DNA of 64,000 nucleotides from Pseudomonadales bacterium (GTDB lineage Bacteria; Pseudomonadota; Gammaproteobacteria; Pseudomonadales; JBECKS01): the NCBI GenBank assembly GCA_965223975.1, contig OZ245031.1, positions 84,145-148,144 of the forward strand, read 5' to 3'. Every line of letters begins with the position of its first letter. The stretch's first letter is position 1. The notes under the pieces were generated by a model. It made no database searches. It saw only the letters and a list, made by a program, of their open reading frames with translations, and was not told the DNA's origin. A program made the position numbers and the translations under genes. Positions 43,133 through 56,496 of this stretch are shown here, in pieces.

Positions 43133-44686
43133 TTAGGGCCGCGCACTACTGGTAAAATCAACACTTTGAGGGCGGGTATTTGAGGAGTTTAATACCTTTA
43201 GACTTTTCATATTCTTGTACTCGGTAAGGAACTCAACCATACCTCCTCCGACTTCAAGCTCAAGCACGATTTGTTTTCGGTGGGTTCCCACATAAACGCC
43301 TTTTTTCACTTTTCCTTCCAAGGTGCTCAACTCAACATCCTTATTCACCAGCGGCTTAAGGATGCTCTCTATTTCTGCTTCTTGTGTGACGACATCAATG
43401 ACTATGTGAGGCTCAAGGTTTTTTTCTGGCTTGGTTGTGACTTCTTTTAAGGCCGGTGATGGCACCTTGGGGTCTACAGAGGGCTGAACCGGAACTGTTG
43501 CCACCACCGCTTCGGGTTGATTTATTTCGCTCACTGAATCAAGGCCTGCGGTGGATTCCTGCTTAGAGTTTAGCGCTGCGAATTGGCCAATATTGTTATA
43601 ATCAATCTTTATAGCCTGGCTTAAGCGGGCAGGCACTTGAGTAATAATATTATTACTAGCCTTTAGCCGATCCTTAAGGCCCTTCACATCTAAGAACCAA
43701 CCATTTTCATTGCGGTAAAACTTAAGATCCACCTCTCGAGTAACGCCTTTTTTATCTATTACATAAGCGGTAGAAAAGCCTAGCCCATCGCCACTTCGGT
43801 AATCATAATCAGTATTTTTAAATCCAAGTATTTCAGCAACATTTTTCTTGTAGGTGGTAGTAAAACTCTGCGCTGCGATGACTTCTAACGTAGCCACTGA
43901 GTCATGATCCTTGATCAAGCCTTCACCGTGAAAACGCAACCCTGATCCATAAACCGGAAACTCCCCGACCATAAAACTATTTTCAGGGTCAGGTAGGATA
44001 AGCTGCATGTTAGCCACGTAAAAATTATATTCTTCATGTTTAAGAGCAAAGTCCAAATGATAATTATCCTTGAACTGGCGCACTCTTAAACGACCTTCTT
44101 CCTGGTCAAACCAAGAGACGAATAAAGAAGGTGCGGACGCATCACCAGGCCTAACAGTTTTACTCCAGTCGCCTTTTGCTGGTGGTGATTGGGCAAACTC
44201 TATCGCAATTTCAAATTCTCCAAAAAACCCATCTCCATGCTTAATCCTCAAGGTACCCTTACTATCGTATTCCGCTAGACCTGAGTTCTCATTAAAAACA
44301 AAATTTTCTCCATGCATACGGCCATTTAAAAAACTGGATTCACGCTCCGCCCTAGCTAAGTCAGCCAGCGCCTCGCTAGAACTAACATAATTCACATTGC
44401 TAAGCGCTTTGTGCTTTTGAGGTTCGCTCTTCAGTTTGACGCTTTCAGAACCAGAAAACCAAGTCATCATCGCCAAGCCACTTGCAAACAATACAAAGCC
44501 CACCAACTGGGTGTAGGCGATACGCTCACTGCGAGCCCAATGGTGTGAATACAACCACCATGCAAATGGAGGAAGAACAAAAGATACAGCTGCTTGCGCG
44601 GGGTTTACCTCATAGTGATCAATTGCGAATACGGCTGCCGCTGCATAAAACAGAGCAATGCCTAATAATACAAACAATATATCCAC
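43133..44686 (-). CDS. hypothetical membrane-anchored protein (3 N-terminal TM segments plus ~430-aa soluble region)
   Basis: 517-aa ORF with a GTG start. I recognise no family. A P/V/S-rich linker (aa ~390-430) separates a large domain from a ~90-aa C-terminal domain. Confidence 0.6.
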   Translation of the reverse strand: MDILFVLLGIALFYAAAAVFAIDHYEVNPAQAAVSFVLPPFAWWLYSHHWARSERIAYTQLVGFVLFASGLAMMTWFSGSESVKLKSEPQKHKALSNVNYVSSSEALADLARAERESSFLNGRMHGENFVFNENSGLAEYDSKGTLRIKHGDGFFGEFEIAIEFAQSPPAKGDWSKTVRPGDASAPSLFVSWFDQEEGRLRVRQFKDNYHLDFALKHEEYNFYVANMQLILPDPENSFMVGEFPVYGSGLRFHGEGLIKDHDSVATLEVIAAQSFTTTYKKNVAEILGFKNTDYDYRSGDGLGFSTAYVIDKKGVTREVDLKFYRNENGWFLDVKGLKDRLKASNNIITQVPARLSQAIKIDYNNIGQFAALNSKQESTAGLDSVSEINQPEAVVATVPVQPSVDPKVPSPALKEVTTKPEKNLEPHIVIDVVTQEAEIESILKPLVNKDVELSTLEGKVKKGVYVGTHRKQIVLELEVGGGMVEFLTEYKNMKSLKVLNSSNTRPQSVDFTSSARP

Positions 44687-44799
44687 GGCGCTTATTTGAC
44701 TCCTGTTTTAATGATTGTTGTTCGCTAAACAAGACATGGAAACAACATTATAAGCAAGAATGTTTGAGTTTCGATAGCCCAAATCGGCCAAAGTTTACC

Positions 44800-45990
44800 T
44801 TAGACTAGCTCAACGGCTATAGATGTCGCCTCTCCACCACCAATACAAAGTCCCGCCATACCTTTGCTAAGACCACGTCGCTTGAGCTCATGAAGCAAAG
44901 TCACCACAATACGTGATCCAGACGATCCTAAAGGATGCCCTAGCGCACAGGCTCCGCCATTTACATTGACTTTTTCGTGGTCAAGATCCAGATCCTTCAT
45001 GGCGGCCATCGCAACCATTGCAAAGGCCTCATTAATCTCAAACAAGTCAACATCAGCCACTGTCCAGCCAGTCTTAGCTAGCAATTTCTCAAAAGCACCG
45101 ACCGGTGCGATGGTAAAATCTGCTGGTAAGCGCGAATGGGTTGCGTGCGCAACAATTTTAGCCATAGGCTTTAAGCCATGCTTCTCTACATAGCGACCAC
45201 TAGCGACAACCAGAGCTGACGAGCCATCTGAAATTGAGCTGGAATTAGCCGCCGTGACTGTTCCATCTTTCTTAAAAGCGGGCCGCAAACTAGGAATCTT
45301 ATCGATATTGGCGTTGCCAGGTTGCTCATCAACATCAACAACCTGCTCCCCTTTACGGGTTTTAATGCTTACCGGAGCAATTTGGCTATCAAAGTGATTA
45401 TTCTCAATAGCACTTTGTGCTCGTTTTAAGGAGTGAATTGCGTAGTCATCCATTTGCTCTCTAGAAAAGTCGTATTTTTCAGACATAGCTTGCGCAAAAC
45501 AGCCCATAGCGTCAGCCGTTTCCCAATCCTCTAATCCATCTAGAAACATCGTGTCTTTAATAGCGCCATGCCCCATTCGAAGTCCAGAGCGTGCTTTTTC
45601 CATTACGTACGGAGCTAGGCTCATGCTTTCCATACCACCAGAAACAGCGACATCAATGCTCTCGCCTTTAATCAGGTCATTAGCCAACATAATCGACTTC
45701 ATACCTGATCCACACACTTTATTCACGGTAGTCGCGCCGGTACCGATATCCAAACCAGCACCTAACATAGCCTGTCGCGCTGGCGCTTGTTTTAAACCAG
45801 CTTGAAGTACACTCCCCATGAACACCTCATCAATGTCGCCCTTATCAACACCAGCTTCTTCAACTGCGGCCTTAATAGCGATAGCACCCAGCTCGGGTGC
45901 AGGTACGCTGGAAAGACTGCCTTGAAAGCCTCCCATAGCGGTGCGTTTGGCGGAAAGGATGTATGCTGCGTTAGGATCAATATTGCTCAT
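44800..45990 (-). CDS. acetyl-CoA C-acetyltransferase (thiolase II)
   Basis: 396 aa with the VNKVCGSGMK active-site Cys and the C-terminal NGGACALGHPLGSSG and GLCIGGGEA blocks. Confidence 0.9.
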   Translation of the reverse strand: MSNIDPNAAYILSAKRTAMGGFQGSLSSVPAPELGAIAIKAAVEEAGVDKGDIDEVFMGSVLQAGLKQAPARQAMLGAGLDIGTGATTVNKVCGSGMKSIMLANDLIKGESIDVAVSGGMESMSLAPYVMEKARSGLRMGHGAIKDTMFLDGLEDWETADAMGCFAQAMSEKYDFSREQMDDYAIHSLKRAQSAIENNHFDSQIAPVSIKTRKGEQVVDVDEQPGNANIDKIPSLRPAFKKDGTVTAANSSSISDGSSALVVASGRYVEKHGLKPMAKIVAHATHSRLPADFTIAPVGAFEKLLAKTGWTVADVDLFEINEAFAMVAMAAMKDLDLDHEKVNVNGGACALGHPLGSSGSRIVVTLLHELKRRGLSKGMAGLCIGGGEATSIAVELV

Positions 45991-46043
45991 GTGGTTTCTC
46001 TATCAATTAAATAAAAAATCTTAAGGCTGCGCGTGGTTTACAC

Positions 46044-46088
46044 ACAAAAACGCCAAAACCACGAATCCGCAGTTTTGGCGTTTGTTTT
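46044..46088 (-). terminator. intrinsic terminator after sucD
   Basis: CGCCAAAAC-N12-GTTTTGGCG is flanked by T-rich runs on both strands. Confidence 0.7.
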
Positions 46089-46109
46089 AGCCAGGCTGGG
46101 ATTATAGAC

Positions 46110-46982
46110 TTACCAGCCGGTAAGTTCAGCCATTGCTTTACCAATTTCTGCTGGATTTTTAACCGTTTTAACCCCAGCCGCCTCTAAAGCAGCAAACTTT
46201 TCGTCTGCGGTGCCCTTACCACCGGCGATAATTGCACCTGCGTGCCCCATACGCTTCCCTGGAGGTGCTGTAACACCCGCAATGTAGGAAACAACCGGTT
46301 TAGTGACATTAGCTTTAATGTAGGCAGCCGCTTCTTCCTCAGCTGAACCTCCAATCTCACCGACCATCACGATCGCTTCAGTCTGATCGTCCGCTTGGAA
46401 CAGCTCCAAGGCGTCGATAAAGGTAGTTCCTGGAATTGGGTCTCCGCCGATACCAATACAGGTGCTTTGGCCAAAGCCAAGCTCTGTGGTTTGGCTCACT
46501 GCTTCATAGGTCAAAGTGCCTGAGCGAGAAACAATACCCACCTTACCAGGCATATGAATAGAACCAGGCATAATGCCAATCTTACATTCGCCTGGCGTGA
46601 TAATACCTGGACAATTAGGACCGATAAGACGAACCCCTTTATCAGAGATATATTCTTTTACGTAAAGCATATCCAAAGTAGGTACGCCTTCAGTAATACA
46701 TACAACTAACTTTATGCCAGCATCGACTGCTTCAATAATTGAGTCCTTACAAAAAGCAGCGGGAACATAAATTACACTGGCATCCGCTTGAGTGGTCTGA
46801 ACAGCTTCAGCTACTGTGTTGAACACAGGCAGACCTAGGTGAGTTTGACCGCCTTTACCTGGCGTTACACCGCCTACCATTTGAGTACCATACGCAATGG
46901 ATTGCTCTGAGTGCAAGGTACCTTGGGAACCGGTAAAACCCTGGCAAATAACTTTAGTGTCTTTATTAATTAATACGCTCAT
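46110..46982 (-). CDS. sucD: succinyl-CoA synthetase alpha subunit
   Basis: 290 aa with the SRSGTLTYE block and the phosphohistidine region GHAGAII. Confidence 0.95.
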   Translation of the reverse strand: MSVLINKDTKVICQGFTGSQGTLHSEQSIAYGTQMVGGVTPGKGGQTHLGLPVFNTVAEAVQTTQADASVIYVPAAFCKDSIIEAVDAGIKLVVCITEGVPTLDMLYVKEYISDKGVRLIGPNCPGIITPGECKIGIMPGSIHMPGKVGIVSRSGTLTYEAVSQTTELGFGQSTCIGIGGDPIPGTTFIDALELFQADDQTEAIVMVGEIGGSAEEEAAAYIKANVTKPVVSYIAGVTAPPGKRMGHAGAIIAGGKGTADEKFAALEAAGVKTVKNPAEIGKAMAELTGW

Positions 46983-48149
46983 TTACTTGCCCTCCGCAGC
47001 TGCAACCACTTGAACAGCTGCGTCATCAAAACTTTTTGCCGCGATGATGTTCAAACCGCTATCCGCTAGTGCTTTTGAACCTAACTCAGCATTGTTACCT
47101 TCTAAGCGAACAACAACCGGTACGCTTACACCTACTTCTTCAACCGCTCCGATAATACCTTCTGCGATTAAGTCACAACGTACGATACCGCCAAAAATAT
47201 TAACCAACACCGCTTTTACTTTGTCATCAGACAAAATAATTTTAAACGCCTCGGTCACACGTTCTTTAGTTGCACCACCACCAACATCTAAAAAGTTAGC
47301 TGGTGAGCCACCTTTAAGTTGAACAATATCCATCGTGCCCATAGCTAGACCTGCACCATTCACCATGCAGCCGATGTTACCATCAAGCGCCACATAGTTA
47401 AGCTCCCACTCAGCAGCGCGTCTCTCACGCTCATCCTCCTGGGTCGGGTCTTCCATTTCTTGAAGTTTTTTATGACGGAACAAAGCGTTGCCATCAATGG
47501 CCACTTTTGCATCAAGGCAATGCAAATTGCCTTCACTAGTAATCACTAGAGGGTTAATTTCTAACAGTGCCAAATCATTTTCATCAAACAATTTTGCTAA
47601 ACCTAAAAATATTTTGGTGAATTGTTTAACCTGATCAGGGTTTAAGCCTAGTTTAAAGCCTAATTCACGACCTTGATAAGCTTGTGCGCCGACCAAAGGA
47701 TCAATCGTTGCTTTTAAAATTAGGTGTGGAGTTTCTTCAGCTACTTTTTCGATCTCAACACCACCTTCGGTTGATGCCATAAAAACGATTTTGCGCGAGC
47801 CGCGATCAACTACCGCTCCGAGATAAAGTTCTTGATCAATATCAGTGCAACTCTCAACTAAGATTTTGCTAACAGGTTGACCACTAGCATCTGTTTGATA
47901 AGTCACTAAACGAGTACCTAAATGCTTCTTAGCAAACTCAGCCGCTTCTTCTGCGGAAGAAATCAAAGCAACACCACCCGCCTTACCACGACCACCCGCG
48001 TGTACTTGAGCTTTAACTACCCACCGATCACCACCAATGGTTTTGGTTGCTTCAGCTGCTTGTTCCGGGGTATCGCACGCAATACCTTGCGACACAGGCA
48101 GTCCATATTCGGCAAACAACTGTTTGCCCTGATACTCGTGTAAATTCAT
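46983..48149 (-). CDS. sucC: succinyl-CoA synthetase beta subunit
   Basis: 388 aa with [12 protein letters not shown] and the ATP-grasp blocks. Its stop abuts the sucD start. Confidence 0.95.
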   Translation of the reverse strand: MNLHEYQGKQLFAEYGLPVSQGIACDTPEQAAEATKTIGGDRWVVKAQVHAGGRGKAGGVALISSAEEAAEFAKKHLGTRLVTYQTDASGQPVSKILVESCTDIDQELYLGAVVDRGSRKIVFMASTEGGVEIEKVAEETPHLILKATIDPLVGAQAYQGRELGFKLGLNPDQVKQFTKIFLGLAKLFDENDLALLEINPLVITSEGNLHCLDAKVAIDGNALFRHKKLQEMEDPTQEDERERRAAEWELNYVALDGNIGCMVNGAGLAMGTMDIVQLKGGSPANFLDVGGGATKERVTEAFKIILSDDKVKAVLVNIFGGIVRCDLIAEGIIGAVEEVGVSVPVVVRLEGNNAELGSKALADSGLNIIAAKSFDDAAVQVVAAAEGK

Positions 48150-48222
48150 TTCTTTTTTCCGTTTTGGTTTAGACCGTTTTGTTTAGGCCGTTATATTAAA
48201 GATTAACTAAAGAAAAAGCGGA

Positions 48223-49692
<1,470 letters not shown>

Positions 49693-50940
49693 TTAAATTT
49701 CCAACAACAAACGTGCCGGATCTTCAATAAATGATTTAATAGCGATCAAAAACTGAACCGCGGTTTTACCGTCGATCAAGCGGTGATCGTAAGTCAATGC
49801 TAAATACATCATGGGTAAAATTTGTATTTCACCATTCACTACCATCGGACGCTCTTGAATAGTATGCATCCCTAAAATTCCAGATTGAGGTGGATTCAAA
49901 ATAGGCGTAGACAGCAAGGAACCAAAAGTACCACCGTTAGAAATGGTAAATGTTCCACCAGTCATATCTTCTAGTGATAGCTTTCCGTCCTGCGCTTTTT
50001 GTCCGTACTCAATGATTTGAGATTCAATTTCACCCAAACCTTTTTTGTCAGCATCTTTTAAAATAGGCACCACTAATCCGCGATCAGTTGAAACCGCAAC
50101 ACCCACATCAAAGAAACTATGGTAAACCACATCGTTTCCGTCAATTGAAGCATTCATGGTCGGAAAACGTTTTAAAGCTTCTGTTGCCGCCCGAACAAAG
50201 AAAGACATAAAGCCCAATTTAACACCGTGGACATCTTGGAACTGCTCCTTATAGTTCTTGCGCATTTCCATGATCGGCTTCATGTTTACTTCATTAAAAG
50301 TAGTTAACATTGCAGCCTCATGTTGAGCTTGAACCAAACGCTCAGCAATACGTGCTCTCAAACGAGTCATTGGCACACGTTTTTCAACGCGATCCTCTTC
50401 CGGAAGAATAATACCACCTGGCGCTAGCGCTTCATCAGTCTTGCGACGTGCCGGTGTATCTGAAGTTGTGGCCGCTGGCGCACTACTTTCAGCTGCTGGA
50501 GCCGAACGCAGATGAGCAAGCACATCTTCTTTAAGTATACGTCCGCCTTTACCAGTTCCGGTGATTTTTTTCGGATCAAGATTATTCTCGGCCAACAACT
50601 TTCTTACCGCAGGACTTAAAGAGTCGTTGCTTTCTGCCTGTTCAGCGGCCGCCGGCGCCGGCTCTTCCGCACTTGATTCGGAATCCTCAGCGAGACTTAC
50701 TTCACCCGCCTTAAATAAAGCTAAAAGCGCTTCACCCTCAATGACCTCGCCTTCTTCCTTAAGAATTTTTTCAAGACTACCATCTGCGGGTGCAACCACC
50801 TCTAATACAATTTTATCGGTCTCGATATCCACCAAAAGCTCGTCACGAGCAACCGGCTCTCCTACCGCTTTATGCCAAGTGGCGATGGTGCCATCGGCAA
50901 CCGATTCTGGAAATTGTGGGGCTTTAATTTCTTCACTCAT
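49693..50940 (-). CDS. sucB: 2-oxoglutarate dehydrogenase E2 dihydrolipoyllysine succinyltransferase
   Basis: Lipoyl domain ([15 protein letters not shown]), E3-binding domain and the catalytic DHRLIDG. Confidence 0.95.
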   Translation of the reverse strand: MSEEIKAPQFPESVADGTIATWHKAVGEPVARDELLVDIETDKIVLEVVAPADGSLEKILKEEGEVIEGEALLALFKAGEVSLAEDSESSAEEPAPAAAEQAESNDSLSPAVRKLLAENNLDPKKITGTGKGGRILKEDVLAHLRSAPAAESSAPAATTSDTPARRKTDEALAPGGIILPEEDRVEKRVPMTRLRARIAERLVQAQHEAAMLTTFNEVNMKPIMEMRKNYKEQFQDVHGVKLGFMSFFVRAATEALKRFPTMNASIDGNDVVYHSFFDVGVAVSTDRGLVVPILKDADKKGLGEIESQIIEYGQKAQDGKLSLEDMTGGTFTISNGGTFGSLLSTPILNPPQSGILGMHTIQERPMVVNGEIQILPMMYLALTYDHRLIDGKTAVQFLIAIKSFIEDPARLLLEI

Positions 50941-50985
50941 CTTAGGATCCTTATTGCTTAGGCAATAATAAAACTATCAATTTCT

Positions 50986-53844
50986 TTAAACTTCAAAAGC
51001 ATCTTTTATCAAAGCTTCTTGCTGTGCTACGTGCAGGGACATAGAACCAACAGCTGGTGATGCAGAGGCTGGTCGGCCCGCGAATTCTAAAAAGGCTAAA
51101 TCGTTATAACGATTCACGACCTTTCGAATATGATCCTGACTGCAGTACCAAGCACCTTGGTTCATCGGTTCTTCCTGACACCAAACAATTTTTTCCGCTT
51201 TGTATCTCTTAAGCTCTTTTAACAAGCGCTCTTCTGGAAAGGGATACAACTGCTCGATTCTTAAGATAGCAACATTGTTTAACTCATCTTGCTGCTTTTT
51301 CTCTAATAAATCGTAGTAAACCTTTCCACTACATAAAATGATTCGATCCACACTGCGCGCATCTTCAACCGTAGGATCATCCAACACAGTATTAAAAGTT
51401 CCGTCGGCCAACTCATCTAAGGTGGAGACTGCCATTTTATGGCGCAACAAACTCTTAGGTGTCATTGCGACCAGGGGTTTTTTCAATGGACGAAGCGCCT
51501 GCCTTCTCAGCATGTGATAAACCTGTGCGGGGGTAGAAGGAACACAAACCTGCATATTATTTTCTGCACACAGTTGTAAATAACGCTCTAAGCGCGCTGA
51601 TGAGTGCTCTGGACCTTGGCCTTCAAAACCATGCGGCAATAACATTGTCAAACCACACAGACGTTGCCATTTGTGCTCACCAGAAGAAATAAACTGATCG
51701 ATTACCACCTGAGCACCATTGGCAAAGTCACCGAACTGCGCTTCCCAGATATTCAGAACATCCGGCTTCGTGGTTGAATATCCATATTCAAATGCCAAAA
51801 CAGCTTCTTCTGACAACAAGGAATCATATATTTCCATCTGCACATCATCAGAGGTCAGCTTAGTTAGAGGCATGTAACCAATTCCGTCAGCTTGGTTCAG
51901 ATATAAAGCATGGCGATGAGAGAAGGTACCACGACGAACATCCTGTCCGGTCAAACGAATCGAAACGTCTTGATCTAACACTGAAGCATAAGCCATCACT
52001 TCGGCATAACCCCAGTTAATCGCCAAAGCACCGGCAGACATTTTCTTTCTGTCTTCAACAATCTTTTGTACCTGTTTTTGCAACACAAAACCTTCAGGCA
52101 CTTCTTCAAGTTGCTTCGCTATTCGCTTTAAATCTTTTAGAGGTAAGCTCGTATCAAATTCTTCGGTCCACTCATGACCTAGATAAGGGGTCCAATCTAC
52201 AAATAACTTGGAGTCAGGCTCGTATACCAAACCCTTAGCAACATCCTCACCTGCTTCTAACTTATCCCGATACGCTTCAACAGCGGCTTTGTCTTGAGTT
52301 TCATCAAGAATGCCCTCTTCAATCAGTTGCTTGGCGTAAAGGGATCTAGTCGTTGGCAAAGATCGGATACCCTGATACATCAAAGGCTGTGTGATTGACG
52401 GCTCGTCCGCCTCGTTATGGCCACGACGACGATAACAAATCAAGTCGATCACAACATCTTTTTTAAACTCCATACGGTAATCAACCGCTAGCTGCGTAGC
52501 AAAGTAAACAGCTTCTGGATCATCACCATTAACATGGAAAATGGGAGCCTGAACCATTTTTGCCACATCGGTACAGTATTCTGTTGAACGCGCATCAATG
52601 GCATTACTGGTGGTAAAACCAACCTGGTTATTAATAATAACGTGAATAGTGCCACCAGTTTTAAAACCACGGGTTTGTGACATTTGGAAAGTTTCCATCA
52701 CTACACCCTGCCCAGCGAAGGCTGCGTCGCCATGAACAATGATTGGTAGCACTAAATTGCCGTTATCATCTTTACGACGATCTTGACGAGCCCTTACAGA
52801 CCCTTCTACCACTGGCGAAACAATTTCCAGGTGAGAAGGATTAAAAGCCATCGCCACGTGCATTTCCCCACCAGGCGTTACCACGTTTGAAGAAAAGCCT
52901 TGATGATACTTCACATCACCAGACCCCTTCTCTGTAAACATTTTTCCTTGAAACTCTCCAAAAAGGTCCGATGGATTTTTACCCATGATGTTTACAAGCA
53001 CGTTTAATCGACCGCGGTGCGCCATGCCGATGACACATTCTTTAATACCGTAGCTACCAGTACGTTGCAGCATCTCATCCATTAAAGGAATAAAGCTTTC
53101 ACCACCTTCTAGACCAAAACGTTTTGTACCTGGAAATTTGGTTCCTAAAAACTTTTCTAAGCCTTCTGCTGCTGTTAAACGCTCGTGCAGATGTATTTTT
53201 GCATCAACACCGAGCATAGGGTGAGAACGTACGGCTTCCATACGCTTTTGCACCCAGCGTTTCTCTTCGGTATTAACGATGTGCATATATTCTGCACCGA
53301 TACTTGCGCAATAGGTTTCCTCAAGTGCGTCACGAATTTCCTTTAAAGTCGTTTCATTGGTTCCAATAAATAAAGAACCAGTTTGAAAAATCGTATCCAA
53401 ATCACCAGCAGATAAACCATGGTGAGTTAATTCCAGATCAGGCACCTCTTCACGGTGCATCAAACCTAAGGGATCAAGTTTGGCTTTCTGATGGCCCCGA
53501 ACTCGATAAGCAGCAATCAATTGCAGTAGGTTTACCTGTCGCTTTTCATGCTCAGAACTAACACTGCTAAATTGAATAGGCTGAACGCGATTTTTGTTAC
53601 GCGCTAAATATAAAAAGTGATCTTGAACGTTCTTATGAGGAACATCTTCTGTGCTGGCGTTTTCAAACTTGGGCAGTTTTTCGAAATAAGACCGCCATTC
53701 GCTTGGAACAGAGGCTGGGTCTGTCAAAAAAGACTCAAAGAGCTCTTCGACATAAGCTGAGTTACCCGCCGAAAGATGGGAGGTACTCCAATGTTGGCCC
53801 ATTGATCTGGGCGCGGACCCGTTGGGTCGTGAACCTTCTGACAT
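50986..53844 (-). CDS. sucA: 2-oxoglutarate dehydrogenase E1 component
   Basis: 952 aa, ThDP-dependent E1o pattern (GDAAFAGQG, HNEADEP). Confidence 0.95.
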   Translation of the reverse strand: MSEGSRPNGSAPRSMGQHWSTSHLSAGNSAYVEELFESFLTDPASVPSEWRSYFEKLPKFENASTEDVPHKNVQDHFLYLARNKNRVQPIQFSSVSSEHEKRQVNLLQLIAAYRVRGHQKAKLDPLGLMHREEVPDLELTHHGLSAGDLDTIFQTGSLFIGTNETTLKEIRDALEETYCASIGAEYMHIVNTEEKRWVQKRMEAVRSHPMLGVDAKIHLHERLTAAEGLEKFLGTKFPGTKRFGLEGGESFIPLMDEMLQRTGSYGIKECVIGMAHRGRLNVLVNIMGKNPSDLFGEFQGKMFTEKGSGDVKYHQGFSSNVVTPGGEMHVAMAFNPSHLEIVSPVVEGSVRARQDRRKDDNGNLVLPIIVHGDAAFAGQGVVMETFQMSQTRGFKTGGTIHVIINNQVGFTTSNAIDARSTEYCTDVAKMVQAPIFHVNGDDPEAVYFATQLAVDYRMEFKKDVVIDLICYRRRGHNEADEPSITQPLMYQGIRSLPTTRSLYAKQLIEEGILDETQDKAAVEAYRDKLEAGEDVAKGLVYEPDSKLFVDWTPYLGHEWTEEFDTSLPLKDLKRIAKQLEEVPEGFVLQKQVQKIVEDRKKMSAGALAINWGYAEVMAYASVLDQDVSIRLTGQDVRRGTFSHRHALYLNQADGIGYMPLTKLTSDDVQMEIYDSLLSEEAVLAFEYGYSTTKPDVLNIWEAQFGDFANGAQVVIDQFISSGEHKWQRLCGLTMLLPHGFEGQGPEHSSARLERYLQLCAENNMQVCVPSTPAQVYHMLRRQALRPLKKPLVAMTPKSLLRHKMAVSTLDELADGTFNTVLDDPTVEDARSVDRIILCSGKVYYDLLEKKQQDELNNVAILRIEQLYPFPEERLLKELKRYKAEKIVWCQEEPMNQGAWYCSQDHIRKVVNRYNDLAFLEFAGRPASASPAVGSMSLHVAQQEALIKDAFEV

Positions 53845-53926
53845 TGTTGAAAAAGCTCCTGGATAAGAAGTTTCAATTAAAGTAAGACTAAGGGATCGCC
53901 TAACATCTTACCGTTTTTTTTGCGTC

Positions 53927-53956
53927 GCCTTGCCACCCACTTAGGGTAGACAAGGC
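53927..53956. other. imperfect stem-loop in the sdhB-sucA spacer
   Basis: GCCTTG-CC-ACCC-ACTTA-GGGT-AGA-CAAGGC. On the transcribed (minus) strand it is followed by an A-tract, so it is not a canonical terminator. Confidence 0.3.
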
Positions 53957-53991
53957 AACTATGATTTAGTTCTAAAACTAAACTTTAATGA

Positions 53992-54705
53992 CTAAGTACT
54001 GCTTTCTAACAACATGCCCCGAATATGACCAATCGCACGGGTCGGGTTAAGACCCTTAGGACATACATTGACGCAGGCCATAATGCCTCGACATCTAAAC
54101 ACGCTGAATGGATCATCTAAGTCTGAAAGGCGTTCTTCACGACCTTGGTCACGGCTATCCGCTAAAAAGCGATAGGACTGTAACAAGCCAGCAGGACCTA
54201 CAAACTTATCAGGATTCCACCAGAACGACGGACAAGACGTTGAACAACAGGCACAAAGAATACACTCATACAGCCCATCCAACTTAGCTCGTTCTTCTGG
54301 ACTTTGTAAGCGCTCAATGGCTGGCGCAGGGGTTTCATTAATCAAGTATGGCTTAATTTTTTCATACTGATTATAGAACTGCTGCATATCCACAACGAGG
54401 TCACGTATCACTGGTAAACCAGGCAAAGGACGCAAATTTAATTTTTTGCCGCCAGTGTTTTTGCAAGCTTCTGATAACGGAGTCACACAAGCTAAACCAT
54501 TTTTGCCATTGATATTCATACCGTCTGATCCGCACACGCCTTCGCGGCATGAACGACGATAGGCTAAAGTTTCGTCTTGTTCTTTTACCAGTGCAAGCAC
54601 GTCAAGCACCATCAAGTCCTTACCCTGAGTGTCAACCTGATACTCTTTGATAGCAGGCTCTTTATCAGTTTCGGGGTTATAGCGATATATACTTACTGTT
54701 AACAT
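53992..54705 (-). CDS. sdhB: succinate dehydrogenase iron-sulfur subunit
   Basis: Three Fe-S cysteine clusters (CREGVCGSDG, CILCACCSTSCP, CVNVCP). Confidence 0.95.
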   Translation of the reverse strand: MLTVSIYRYNPETDKEPAIKEYQVDTQGKDLMVLDVLALVKEQDETLAYRRSCREGVCGSDGMNINGKNGLACVTPLSEACKNTGGKKLNLRPLPGLPVIRDLVVDMQQFYNQYEKIKPYLINETPAPAIERLQSPEERAKLDGLYECILCACCSTSCPSFWWNPDKFVGPAGLLQSYRFLADSRDQGREERLSDLDDPFSVFRCRGIMACVNVCPKGLNPTRAIGHIRGMLLESST

Positions 54706-54720
54706 TTCTTCACTCCCCGC

Positions 54721-56493
54721 TTAATAAGTACGTACTTTAGGTTGGAAAGTATCAACTTGCTTAGGCGCAAAGTTTACATCGCGCTTAGACAGTTGCTTGG
54801 TATCGGGATGATATACCGAGTGCTTCAACCAATTTTCATCGTCACGATCAGGGAAGTCATAACGCGAATGAGCACCACGACTCTCTTTACGCTCTAAAGC
54901 AGCAATAGAAGTAGCTTCAGCAACCTCTAATAAGTTATCCAATTCCATCGCTTCTATACGTGCTGTATTGAAAGCACCACTCTTATCGCTCAAATGGCCT
55001 TTAGCGATACGCTCACGAAGTTCGGCTAACATCTTCACGCCCTCTTCCATCAATTCACCTTTACGGAACACACCAAAATGGTTCTGCATTATGGTTTGAA
55101 GTTCTTTACGAAGATCAGAAACACTTTCACCTGAGCTTGATTGCTCCCAACGATCATAACGAGATGCCGCTTGCTCAAGATCACTTTCACTCGCATCACG
55201 AGCTTCAATACCTTCTTTAAGCGCTTTCTCGATATGCATACCCGCAGAACGACCGAAGACCACCAAATCAAGTAGCGAGTTACCACCTAAACGGTTTGCA
55301 CCGTGAACGGATACACAAGCCACCTCACCTACGGCGTACAAGCCAGGAATAATGGTGTCGTTGCCTTGGCCATCAGGCATTAGAGCTTGCCCATGAATAT
55401 TAGTTGGGATACCACCCATCATGTAGTGACAAGTGGGCACAACAGGAACCGGCTCTTTGACAGGGTCAGCCTGTGCAAAGGTAATAGAAAGCTCACAAAT
55501 ACCTGGAAGCTTTTTATGCAATTCGTCTTTACCTAAGTGATCCAATTTAAGCAGAACGTGATCACCATCAGGTCCACAACCGCGACCTTCAAGAATCTCC
55601 ATCATCATAGAACGCGCGACTACGTCACGACCCGCAAGATCTTTCGCATTAGGCGCATAGCGTTCCATAAAACGCTCGCCGTCTTTATTGATCAGGTAAC
55701 CTCCTTCACCACGACAGCCTTCTGTTACTAGCACACCCGCACCCGCAATACCGGTTGGGTGGAACTGCCACATCTCCATGTCTTGAGCAGGAAAGCCTGC
55801 ACGAAGCGCCATACCAACACCATCACCAGTATTGATCAAAGCATTAGTCGTCGAAGAATAAATACGACCTGAGCCACCAGTAGCAAATACGGTCGCTTTT
55901 GATTTAAAGAAAACACGCTCGCCAGTTTCGATGTCGATAGCAATTACACCGCAAACCGCACCATCTTGGTTTTTAACCAAGTCACAGGCATACCATTCAT
56001 TAAAGAATACTGTGTTGTTCTTTACGTTTTGTTGGTACAAGGCGTGCAAAAGAGCATGACCGGTACGGTCGGCTGCCGCACAAGTACGCGCTGCCTGACC
56101 ACCCTCACCAAAGTTTTTAGATTGGCCACCGAATGGACGCTGATAAATACGACCTTCTTCAGTACGTGAGAAAGGTAGGCCCATATGCTCAAGCTCGAAC
56201 ACAGTTTCAGGACCTACATTACACATGTACTCAATCGCGTCTTGATCACCGATGTAATCGGAACCTTTAACAGTGTCGTACATATGCCAACGCCAATCGT
56301 CATTGGGATCCGCACTGGCAATCGCACAGGTAATACCACCCTGAGCTGAAACCGTATGGGAACGAGTAGGAAATACTTTGGTAATCAAAGCGGTTTTTTG
56401 ACCGGACTGAGATAACTGAAGTGCAGCACGCATACCTGCTCCACCGCCGCCAACAATTACCGCATCATAATTAACTGTTCTAATCGCTGACAT
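54721..56493 (-). CDS. sdhA: succinate dehydrogenase flavoprotein subunit
   Basis: 590 aa with the [13 protein letters not shown] and [10 protein letters not shown] (FAD-His) blocks. Confidence 0.95.
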   Translation of the reverse strand: MSAIRTVNYDAVIVGGGGAGMRAALQLSQSGQKTALITKVFPTRSHTVSAQGGITCAIASADPNDDWRWHMYDTVKGSDYIGDQDAIEYMCNVGPETVFELEHMGLPFSRTEEGRIYQRPFGGQSKNFGEGGQAARTCAAADRTGHALLHALYQQNVKNNTVFFNEWYACDLVKNQDGAVCGVIAIDIETGERVFFKSKATVFATGGSGRIYSSTTNALINTGDGVGMALRAGFPAQDMEMWQFHPTGIAGAGVLVTEGCRGEGGYLINKDGERFMERYAPNAKDLAGRDVVARSMMMEILEGRGCGPDGDHVLLKLDHLGKDELHKKLPGICELSITFAQADPVKEPVPVVPTCHYMMGGIPTNIHGQALMPDGQGNDTIIPGLYAVGEVACVSVHGANRLGGNSLLDLVVFGRSAGMHIEKALKEGIEARDASESDLEQAASRYDRWEQSSSGESVSDLRKELQTIMQNHFGVFRKGELMEEGVKMLAELRERIAKGHLSDKSGAFNTARIEAMELDNLLEVAEATSIAALERKESRGAHSRYDFPDRDDENWLKHSVYHPDTKQLSKRDVNFAPKQVDTFQPKVRTY

Positions 56494-56496
56494 GAC

